Of a DNA stretch of 64,000 nucleotides, positions 46,361-53,401 are shown piece after piece. The notes beneath the pieces were generated by a model that was not told the DNA's origin, did no database searches, and saw nothing but the letters and a program-made list of their open reading frames with translations. A program made the position numbers and the translations under genes. Source of the stretch: a virus; IMG/VR virus record IMGVR_UViG_3300010389_000008. One strand, written 5' to 3'. Each line of letters opens with the position of its first letter. The stretch's first letter is position 1.

Positions 46361-47907
46361 TAAATTGCTCCGTAATCAAAGGTAGTTGCAGTTCCAGTGG
46401 TAATGAAACCGTAGTCTAACGACGTATTAGCAATTACTTGCCAAGCCGATTGCACATAAGCCTCAATACAACCCAGAGATGTGTTGTACCTGAGCATGCC
46501 GTTAGCGGCTGTCGGACGTTGTGCAGTAGTACCATTCGCGACTTTAATTGCGCCTGTACCCCCCATGACAATATTGGCGTTAAATGTCATTTGTCCTGAG
46601 GCCGTATCGTTAGTGTCAGACCTCAGGAACTGAGTGCTATCGATGCCGTCAAGGGTTGCAGCGTTACCGCCGTTAGCCGAGGTAATGTAGCCCGCACCAT
46701 TGGCGAGCTGGTTGTTATTAGTCGGGATGGTCGGTTTGTTGGTGAGATTATTGTAATTAAGATAATAAGAACCTTGTTGACCATCAAGTAAATCTGCATC
46801 TAATCCAGATCCAGCACCGTCGTTCGCATCGTTCCACAGTTTTCGCCAACTCGACCAAGATCCACTATTTACTCTTGTTCTAAAGTAAGACCCTGTTGTG
46901 CTTGTACCAAATCCAAGCTGAGTAATCCAATTGTTTGTGCCGTTGTAACTTCCACCATTACTTACAATGGCAATACCTTGTCCGTAGCTCTCCGGTCTGG
47001 TTCCACTGCTAGAAGTAGACCAGCCGAACAAGTCAGCATCATAAAAAGTATCTATATTTGAAACGATCCCACCAGAGTTTTGAACGATTCGATATCCTTC
47101 AACACTGTCAACAGTATCAGCATCTAGGCCAGACCCAGAGCCATCAACTGTTTTGATTGCAGTTAAAATTTCAGATGCAGTCTGATCTGCCGTTGCACCA
47201 GTTTCAATACCATTGAGTTTAGTTTTGTCCGCTCCGGTCATAAGACCAGAGTTGCCTGCTGCTACGACTTCAGGTAGCGTTGCGTTGGTTCCGGTAGAAG
47301 AAGCCAGAACGCGAGTCGAAGCTGTATAACTTAGGTTGGTGTCAACGTTCACCTCAGCGCCTGAGGCGATACCAGCGAGCTTAGAAATGTCGGCTGCAGT
47401 GGTGAACTTATGGGTGGTTGATGTGTCGTCGATGTCGTCAGCATCCAAGACGACAGCACCGGTTTGGGTATTGACACTATCTACAGTATTTACTTCAGCA
47501 CCACTAGCGATTCCATCTAGCTTTGAGCCGTCAACCGACAAGTCACGTCCATCAACTGTCTGTGCGCCAGAGAACGTAATGTTCCCCGTCATTTGACCGC
47601 CAGCTTTTGGCAGCTTCCCGTCTAATGCAGTCTGTAGACCGTCGACATTGCTGATTATGTGGTTATGACTGTCATCTTCTACTGTCCATGTCGCTCCACT
47701 GTTTGAGACGACAATATCACCTTTGTCCCCATCTGTTACGCCAGTACCACCCCCACCGATTTCAACGATGGAGGCAGTACCGTCATCCTTTTTCGTGTAT
47801 AGCTTGCCGTCATAGGTGTTAACAGCCAATTCTCCCAGCTCAAGCTGGGAGGTTGTTGGCGTCTTACCCTGCACAGACGATCGTTTGATCTTAACTCTGT
47901 TAGCCAT
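46360..47907 (-). CDS. Tail fibre protein
   Basis: KLDGIASGAE repeats, DADLLDG, AATLDG, GTTAQRP. Confidence 0.8.
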   Translation of the reverse strand: MANRVKIKRSSVQGKTPTTSQLELGELAVNTYDGKLYTKKDDGTASIVEIGGGGTGVTDGDKGDIVVSNSGATWTVEDDSHNHIISNVDGLQTALDGKLPKAGGQMTGNITFSGAQTVDGRDLSVDGSKLDGIASGAEVNTVDSVNTQTGAVVLDADDIDDTSTTHKFTTAADISKLAGIASGAEVNVDTNLSYTASTRVLASSTGTNATLPEVVAAGNSGLMTGADKTKLNGIETGATADQTASEILTAIKTVDGSGSGLDADTVDSVEGYRIVQNSGGIVSNIDTFYDADLFGWSTSSSGTRPESYGQGIAIVSNGGSYNGTNNWITQLGFGTSTTGSYFRTRVNSGSWSSWRKLWNDANDGAGSGLDADLLDGQQGSYYLNYNNLTNKPTIPTNNNQLANGAGYITSANGGNAATLDGIDSTQFLRSDTNDTASGQMTFNANIVMGGTGAIKVANGTTAQRPTAANGMLRYNTSLGCIEAYVQSAWQVIANTSLDYGFITTGTATTFDYGAI

Positions 47908-47917
47908 TTAGCTGTTA

Positions 47918-49282
47918 CTAGAAAGTACCGCCGTCGATGGTGACGTTATCGATGGTATTACCAGAGCCTGTGATAGCGGTATTGGACAGAACGCGGCTGC
48001 TGGAAAGTACCTCAGTTCCACCTATTTTAATCCCGCCACTAGTTACGTTCAAGGATTGGTTGAACGTCCAGGAGTCTGTCGCGTTTACCCAAGTAATTGT
48101 GTAATCGGATGCGCCCTTTAGAGTGATGCCGCCACCGTCTGCAGTTGTGTCTGTCGGGGTAGCGGTGTCACCGAGGACAATATTTTTATCCTCGACCTTA
48201 ACCTCGGTAGTAGAAAGCGAGGTAAGGGATCCATTGACTGTAAGGTCACCAGTAACGGTGAGATCACCACCAACAGAAAGATCATCCGTGATCTGAACAC
48301 TGTCGGGAAGACCGAAAGTGAATGTCGATGTGCTGTTGTTAGTAGCAACCTCAATCTCACCAGCAGTGCCCTGGAAAGTAATTGTGCCGCCTAGGCCTCC
48401 AGTAACAGTTGTCGTAGTTGTTGAGCCACCCAGCGGAGTAGCAACACCGTTGATGGTGATGCTCGAATTAGCGAGGGCGCTATTTGGGATACTTGAGAGC
48501 CCGAACGCACCAGTTGAGCTGTTATAGGTAATGCCACCTGAAGCGGATAAAGCGCTACGGGAACGTGCGTCTGTGTAGTAGAGATTAGTCGCCCCTTCAC
48601 CGATATCGTCCGTGTCCAGAGTCAGGCTTCCGCCCAGTGAGACTGAGTTGCTATTAAGCGTTATCCCACTGTTGGCAAGCTCGCTATTAGCAATATTTGC
48701 CAGAGAGAGGGCACCAGTCGTGCTGTTGTAGGTGACACCTCCTGAAGCAGAAAGTGCGGAACGTGAGCGTGCGTCGGTGTAATAGAGATTGGTTGCGCCC
48801 TCACCAATATCATCAGTATCCAGGGTCAGTGAACCACCCAGTGATACTGAATTGCTGTTGAGTGTGAGGCTGCTGTTAGCCAGCTCACTATTTGAAATAT
48901 TGGATAGCGATAGAGCACCTGTACTGCTGTTGTAAGCAATACCACCTGATGCGGAAATTGCACCACGCGACCGTGCATTGGTGAAATAGAGATTGCTCGC
49001 ACCCTCACCGATGTCATCGCTGTCTAGTGTGAGGCTTCCGCCTAAGGACAGGCTGTTGCTGTTGATGGTGACACTGCTGTTAGCGAGACCGCTATTTGGG
49101 ATTTGTTCACCACCAATCGAGATGATGCTGGTCGCATTACCAGAGCCATCATCGCCATATCCGTAATACAGGAGCTTATCGCCTGTATTTTCGTTGAACG
49201 CTAATTCACCGCTTTTGAGCGCACTAGGGGCTCCAGCGTTGCCAGTACTAGCTCGCCGTTTGATTTTAAGAGTGACGGCCAT
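47918..49282 (-). CDS. Tail fibre-like protein with 68-aa repeats
   Basis: GELAFN N-terminus; VEDKNIVLG...ADGGGITL; ends IDGGTF. Confidence 0.8.
   Translation of the reverse strand: MAVTLKIKRRASTGNAGAPSALKSGELAFNENTGDKLLYYGYGDDGSGNATSIISIGGEQIPNSGLANSSVTINSNSLSLGGSLTLDSDDIGEGASNLYFTNARSRGAISASGGIAYNSSTGALSLSNISNSELANSSLTLNSNSVSLGGSLTLDTDDIGEGATNLYYTDARSRSALSASGGVTYNSTTGALSLANIANSELANSGITLNSNSVSLGGSLTLDTDDIGEGATNLYYTDARSRSALSASGGITYNSSTGAFGLSSIPNSALANSSITINGVATPLGGSTTTTTVTGGLGGTITFQGTAGEIEVATNNSTSTFTFGLPDSVQITDDLSVGGDLTVTGDLTVNGSLTSLSTTEVKVEDKNIVLGDTATPTDTTADGGGITLKGASDYTITWVNATDSWTFNQSLNVTSGGIKIGGTEVLSSSRVLSNTAITGSGNTIDNVTIDGGTF
48470..49081 (-). repeat. Three tandem 204-nt (68-aa) repeats
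   Basis: TCACC anchor recurs at 48597, 48801, 49005; unit ...LDTDDIGEGATNLYYTDARSR... Confidence 0.92.
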
Positions 49283-49566
49283 CAGAAGGCACCTCCAGTA
49301 ATAGTGAGATCATTTTCAAGTTCATCGGTTGGGGTGAATTGTGAGCCATCCCATTCCAGAACTTTTCCTATGTCCCCTGATCCCAGGGCATCAATTGCAG
49401 TGGTATTGAACGATGAACTACCAGCAAATGAAGGGCCTTGAGGGCCTTGAGCTGTCAACGTTACAACACTTGTCTGAGGTTTTTTAACCTCAACATTCGT
49501 TTCTGTTTGTGTGACAGTTATTAAACTCGATAGCGATCGAGTTACCTGGACCTGATTAATGGCCAT
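49282..49566 (-). CDS. Small fibre-associated protein
   Basis: QGPQGP; ends ITGGAF. Confidence 0.7.
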   Translation of the reverse strand: MAINQVQVTRSLSSLITVTQTETNVEVKKPQTSVVTLTAQGPQGPSFAGSSSFNTTAIDALGSGDIGKVLEWDGSQFTPTDELENDLTITGGAF

Positions 49567-49568
49567 GG

Positions 49569-49907
49569 TTAAACTCCCGTGATTCCAGGGTCCACAAAGG
49601 CTCTCCCTTGAAGGAGGTAGTACTTGTCTCCGCCAGGCTCAGTAATCAATACGTCGTATTGTCCCTCACTTGTAAGTGAAGAGGTCTCTGACGCTGCCAG
49701 TTTTATCCTGAATTTTCCAATTGCTTGGTCAATCCAAGACGTAGTGAACGTTGCCACGTCAGCCGTGTTTAGGCGATTGGCGACTTTGCCCGCCACTGAG
49801 TAACCGGTCATATCGACCCCATTCCCTGCTGAATCTTTATATTGCAGATCCAGTGAGAAAGTTGCACCTTGATGGATGGTGATGTCGTAATTACCCGGCT
49901 CTATCAC
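49569..49907 (-). CDS. Fibre-attachment-like protein
   Basis: YDITIHQGATF...GQYDVLI...LLQG. Confidence 0.7.
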   Translation of the reverse strand: MIEPGNYDITIHQGATFSLDLQYKDSAGNGVDMTGYSVAGKVANRLNTADVATFTTSWIDQAIGKFRIKLAASETSSLTSEGQYDVLITEPGGDKYYLLQGRAFVDPGITGV

Positions 49908-49973
49908 AGTCTTGGGCCAGACTACACTTTAATTTTAGTCCAGATATGATAGAAAAAAGAGCACATATTTTCT

Positions 49974-50261
49974 GTGGAACCCGTTCTTCCACTGAGCATA
50001 GTGCTCAGTGTCATAGGTGGTGCATTTTCTGCTTTTCTCACACTCAACAAGAAGTTTGAAGGCATTGAAGATTCACAGCAAAAACACCTCCTTTCTGTAG
50101 ACAATAGGATTGACTCTATAGAGCTACGCCTTGCAAAGGAGTATGTGGATAAGGATGATTTGACAATGATCCTTAAACGCTTGGACGATCGTATTGATCG
50201 AATGGACTACAAGCTGGATCGAATTTTGATTGGGTACAATAAAAGCGCATCAGCGGAATAA
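49974..50261 (+). CDS. Membrane-anchored coiled-coil protein (lysis-associated)
   Basis: N-terminal hydrophobic helix then coiled coil; first gene of the lysis cassette. Confidence 0.7.
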   Translation: MEPVLPLSIVLSVIGGAFSAFLTLNKKFEGIEDSQQKHLLSVDNRIDSIELRLAKEYVDKDDLTMILKRLDDRIDRMDYKLDRILIGYNKSASAE

Positions 50262-50266
50262 TCATT

Positions 50267-50422
50267 ATGGGTCTTATTGAATCCCCTATTTTTTGGGTTG
50301 TCCTTGCCGCAATCTCGGAAATTCTTGCACTGATTCCGAACGAGAAGGTTCGATCTAACTCTGTTGTGCAGCTTTTCGGTCAGGCACTTCAGATGCTTAT
50401 TGCTTCTCGCGGAAAAAAGTAG
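50267..50422 (+). CDS. Holin-like membrane protein (51 aa)
   Basis: Own translation MGLIESPIFWVVLAAISEILALIP...SNSVVQL...RGKK; upstream of the endolysin. Confidence 0.65.
   Translation: MGLIESPIFWVVLAAISEILALIPNEKVRSNSVVQLFGQALQMLIASRGKK
50413..50419 (+). other. Candidate -1 frameshift site A AAA AAG
   Basis: Immediately before TAG; -1 frame open to 50670 without its own upstream start. Confidence 0.6.
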
Positions 50423-50670
50423 AAATTACTTTCTCGACTCATACCTGGCGTGATGATTTACGTCGGTATATCCAATCGAGACGTTTCTACACCACGCTTC
50501 CGCACAAGTTAGACCGCGCAGAGGAGGAATGGCATAAGAGCCAGCCTCGCAGTGGTTTAGCTATGCCTCATTTTATTGAACATCCCTCCGATGGTTCCGA
50601 AGCTCAAGAGCTTCTCGGTGGTGCCATCGAACTTAAATCCGACTTTTTACAGGATGACGACTTTTCCTGA
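50413..50670 (+). CDS. -1 frame extension of the holin-like gene
   Basis: KKVEITFSTHTWRDDLRR...LPHKLDRAEEEWHKSQP...LLGGAIELKSDF. Confidence 0.6.
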   Translation, partial: KKVEITFSTHTWRDDLRRYIQSRRFYTTLPHKLDRAEEEWHKSQPRSGLAMPHFIEHPSDGSEAQELLGGAIELKSDFLQDDDFS

Positions 50671-51826
50671 GGGGAAGTTGCACGACTTCTTCCGCTATTA
50701 CGACCCGTCTAATCCTAATCATGTCGAGGCGGTGCGGCAGCTCCAAGTCGATATCAAGGAGGCTGACGACGGTTTGCTCACGGATCTAGCGCCCTGGGTT
50801 CAACTCTTCAGGGCACCTATTGAAATTATTCAACCAGCTGAGAAGGTCGATAACAGCTGGGGAGGCATTGTGAATGCTGCGCGTAAGGCTGGCGCTAAAT
50901 TTCCAGAACTCGTCGCAGCCCAATGGGGACTTGAAAGCGGCTTCGGAAAGTATCCTGCTGCACCTAATAATTTTTGGGGTATCAAGGGCTTTGGACGTAA
51001 TCCTTCTAGTTTCTGTACTCAGAAGGAAACCAAAGAATTCATCAACGGTGAATGGATTACGACCTGTGCCTGGTTTCGCAACTTTGCCTCAATTGAAGAG
51101 GGTGTCCAATACGTAGTTAACCGTTGGTACAAAGACTACAAGAACTTTAAGGGCGTTAATCGCGCTGCCACTCGCCAAGAGGCCGCTCGTCTTCTAGTTA
51201 CAGAGGGCTATGCAACTGACCCAGATTACGCTGGGAAGCTGATCAAGCTAATGGATCAGTATGCAGGGCCGAGCGTCGCTGTTGCTCCCAAAGAGATCAA
51301 TCTCCCTGTACCTTTCTTCTCTCAGCTTGACTCAGAGACAAGCCAGGGCTCACGCATGTGTTTTTCCAGCACATGTGCCATGGCAGTCGATTTTCTGTGT
51401 CCTGGCCTGCTGAAGGGGGATCAAAAGGATGACTTTTATCTCCACAAGGTAAACGAGTACGGAGACACGACTGATCCTTACGCTCAGATCTATGCGCTAG
51501 ATACGTTCGGGCTTAATGCTGAATTTAGGCAAGATCTCGATGTATCGAATGTAGAAGCACAGCTTCTTCGGGGTTATCCCGTACCCATTGGTGTTCTTCA
51601 CCATGGTCCTGTTACCAATCCATCGGGCGGGGGACATTGGATCCTCATCGTTGGCATGGGCGAGGATTACTTCCTTGTCAACGATCCTTTCGGTGAAATG
51701 AATTTGGTGAACGGTGGGTACGTGCAACATACACACGGCGATCACCTCAAGTATTCCCATAAGAATCTTCTCCCCCGATGGACCGTTGAAGGTTCCTGTT
51801 CGGGTTGGGGAATCCTATTTGACTAA
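50654..51826 (+). CDS. Endolysin: GH73 glucosaminidase plus C39-like peptidase
   Basis: AAQWGLESG, NNFWGIKG, YATDPDY; VPFFSQLD...MCFSSTCAM...GHWILIVG; ATG in frame with the track ORF. Confidence 0.88.
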   Translation: MTTFPEGKLHDFFRYYDPSNPNHVEAVRQLQVDIKEADDGLLTDLAPWVQLFRAPIEIIQPAEKVDNSWGGIVNAARKAGAKFPELVAAQWGLESGFGKYPAAPNNFWGIKGFGRNPSSFCTQKETKEFINGEWITTCAWFRNFASIEEGVQYVVNRWYKDYKNFKGVNRAATRQEAARLLVTEGYATDPDYAGKLIKLMDQYAGPSVAVAPKEINLPVPFFSQLDSETSQGSRMCFSSTCAMAVDFLCPGLLKGDQKDDFYLHKVNEYGDTTDPYAQIYALDTFGLNAEFRQDLDVSNVEAQLLRGYPVPIGVLHHGPVTNPSGGGHWILIVGMGEDYFLVNDPFGEMNLVNGGYVQHTHGDHLKYSHKNLLPRWTVEGSCSGWGILFD

Positions 51827-51828
51827 AC

Positions 51829-51981
51829 ATGTCCAAGAAATCTCTCAGTGGTGGCACCTTTAGTGGTGGTCCGCCAAAACGCACCAGAATTGGTAATGGT
51901 CGTCGTGTGCGATCAAGATTTTTTAGTGGGAGAACTAAGCGCTCAAGCCCTCGAAAGGCTTACCGGGGCCAGGGGAAGTAG
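51829..51981 (+). CDS. Small basic cyanophage-type protein
   Basis: Own translation ending KAYRGQGK (50 aa). Confidence 0.6.
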   Translation: MSKKSLSGGTFSGGPPKRTRIGNGRRVRSRFFSGRTKRSSPRKAYRGQGK

Positions 51982-52016
51982 TAGACCGGTTATTAAAAGT
52001 AACTACTACTTCCTTT
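51974..52016. terminator. Hairpin between convergent operons
   Basis: 11-bp inverted repeat GGAAGTAGTAG/CTACTACTTCC then TTT. Confidence 0.6.
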
Positions 52017-52028
52017 AATAACTACCTG

Positions 52029-52226
52029 TTACTCAGAATCTTGATAACGCTTCCACCCAGTAGCTAGGGCATAAATCTCTGGATTGGCATCTAAGGGCGC
52101 CATTTCAGAGAACCCTCGCTTCCAGCCATGATTGCGCATTACCTCTTCTACTTCATCCTTGATTTCATTCAGGTCGTCGAGAGTACCTGTAAAACGAAAT
52201 CGAACGTACTTTACTTTTTCACCCAT
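52029..52226 (-). CDS. Hypothetical protein
   Basis: MGEKVKYVRF...; in frame with the track ORF. Confidence 0.7.
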   Translation of the reverse strand: MGEKVKYVRFRFTGTLDDLNEIKDEVEEVMRNHGWKRGFSEMAPLDANPEIYALATGWKRYQDSE

Positions 52227-52539
52227 GGCGGATAGTGCCGTCACCGTAAATTTCTTTATGCAGCTCAATAGCAGTCTCTAAGCTTTGGCGAGCTTTGATG
52301 AGATCGTGAAGCTGTTTATCTGGCTCTCCCTTGTACTTATGAGGGTAGCGCTGAATATACTTTATCGAATTGATAGTTACGAAGGTCAGCAAGCCCTCGG
52401 GGCCATACATGGTTCGCGCTACGTCATACGGTGATGGTCCCTGGTTGTAATGCTTAGGGTTGCTCACCGCTTCTTCATTAGAAAACGGGGTGATCACAAG
52501 ATGATCTTCCCCGCTTTCTGCTTTCTGAAAGCCCAACAT
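52219..52539 (-). CDS. DUF3310 (T7 gp1.7-like) protein
   Basis: VSNPKHY, NSIKYIQR...K...DLIKA. Confidence 0.8.
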   Translation of the reverse strand: MLGFQKAESGEDHLVITPFSNEEAVSNPKHYNQGPSPYDVARTMYGPEGLLTFVTINSIKYIQRYPHKYKGEPDKQLHDLIKARQSLETAIELHKEIYGDGTIRHG

Positions 52540-52602
52540 TTGATTGCCACTTTTGACAATTAAATGTACCGACTATTGGCTGAGATTTGACCGGTTGAGG
52601 TA

Positions 52603-52704
52603 TCAGCGAGGCATAACATGATCGCTTACTTCATCCGCATAATCTGCTAGATCCCTTGCTGCTTGAGCGATAACGCAGCAGAGGTGAAACAGTGCCTGGC
52701 GCAT
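52603..52704 (-). CDS. 33-aa hypothetical protein
   Basis: Own translation MRQALFHLCCVIAQAARDLADYADEVSDHVMPR. Confidence 0.35.
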   Translation of the reverse strand: MRQALFHLCCVIAQAARDLADYADEVSDHVMPR

Positions 52705-52786
52705 AACCGTGGGAATCGATTTCCCGCAGCTTAAATCCACCAATGGTGTCTAGCAGGAGCCGTTGCCACTACTGGCAGTGCCGGTG

Positions 52787-52963
52787 TCACCTTTGGTAGG
52801 CGTGGCCCCGATAGGTCAGGGTCGGATGTGTCAATTGCTCGTGGGCGATCTCCACATAGGGAACGCCCCGATAGCTCTTGAGGTGAAGCATCTGGGCGTC
52901 GTGAAGGGCTTGACGACGCTTCACGGCTTCCTGAATCAGGTGAAGGTGGTTTAGAACGTTCAT
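52787..52963 (-). CDS. DUF4278 protein, glutamine synthetase inactivating factor-like (58 aa)
   Basis: Two YRG motifs (SYRGVPY, LTYRGHAY); GGAGAG RBS at 52968-52973; riboswitch upstream. Confidence 0.85.
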   Translation of the reverse strand: MNVLNHLHLIQEAVKRRQALHDAQMLHLKSYRGVPYVEIAHEQLTHPTLTYRGHAYQR

Positions 52964-52980
52964 GGATCTCTCCATCAGCG

Positions 52981-53032
52981 CCCCGGTCCCCGTTGCATGA
53001 CCGGAGTCGACCTGCAGCACAAAGGCCCAACG
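52981..53032 (-). ncRNA. Glutamine-II riboswitch (Downstream-peptide motif)
   Basis: CGUUG...GCAG-GUCGACUCCGGUCAUG-CAACG-GGGACCGGGG; P1 CGUUG/CAACG; pseudoknot CUCCGGUC/GACCGGGG; P2 unusually short. Confidence 0.82.
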
Positions 53033-53039
53033 TGCTCTT

Positions 53040-53059
53040 AGTTTAGTAGTGATTGATAC
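53040..53059 (-). promoter_or_regulatory. NtcA box abutting a -10 element
   Basis: Minus strand GTA-TCAATCAC-TAC (53046-53059), then TAAACT (53040-53045), 7 nt before the riboswitch. Confidence 0.72.
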
Positions 53060-53167
53060 TGTTTGCCCCTATACAAAACGGGTGCATGCTCGTTTACATC
53101 GCGTATAGCCAGACGTATAGTCATTTCACTGAGTCCAGTCCAGGGCTGTGTTTTTAACTCTTGCGCT

Positions 53168-53214
53168 CCTGCATGGCATGCAGGGGGTCAGGAGTTCGAG
53201 TCTCCTTGGCTCCA
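53168..53214 (+). other. attP core: 3' half of tRNA-Ala(GGC)
   Basis: Anticodon arm CCTGC-ATGGCAT-GCAGG, T-arm AGGAG-TTCGAGT-CTCCT, acceptor 3' strand TGGCTCC-A with U70; no D-arm or 5' acceptor strand; next to the integrase. Confidence 0.88.
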
Positions 53215-53230
53215 TTTAAAAAACACAGTC

Positions 53231-53269
53231 AGGGCCTGGGATCTCAGCGATTTCAGGCCCTAATTTTTT
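53231..53269 (+). terminator. Terminator downstream of the att core
   Basis: AGGGCCTG...CAGGCCCT then AATTTTTT. Confidence 0.7.
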
Positions 53270-53277
53270 GGGTTCCT

Positions 53278-53293
53278 CGTCCTGTTTGGGACA
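53278..53293. promoter_or_regulatory. Putative operator (or integrase arm site)
   Basis: CGTCC-TGTTTG-GGACA. Confidence 0.55.
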
Positions 53294-53364
53294 GAGTACC
53301 TCTCAGATGAGGACATCTGTGCTGAACAGCGATTAGAGCAATCCAGTTGGCGCCTGGGATTTTG

Positions 53365-53380
53365 TGTCCTAGTTTGGACG
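53365..53380. promoter_or_regulatory. Putative operator upstream of int
   Basis: TGTCC-TAGTTT-GGACG, 21 nt before the int ATG. Confidence 0.55.
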
Positions 53381-53401
53381 AATTGTCCTAAAGGTAGCCA
53401 G

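Noticed and set aside
45853-49973. Invertible tail-fibre segment (Mu G / P1 C type)
   Set aside because: No inverted repeats seen at the borders and no serine invertase in the window
52787-52963. High-light-inducible protein or other photosynthesis gene
   Set aside because: No chlorophyll-binding ExxNGRxAM helix; no psbA, psbD or hli recognised anywhere in the window
52731-53030. 99-aa and 77-aa ORF versions spanning the riboswitch
   Set aside because: They run through the structured RNA; the ATG at 52963 has a proper RBS
53150-53217. Complete tRNA-Ala gene
   Set aside because: No D-arm or 5' acceptor strand upstream of the anticodon stem; treated as the att core
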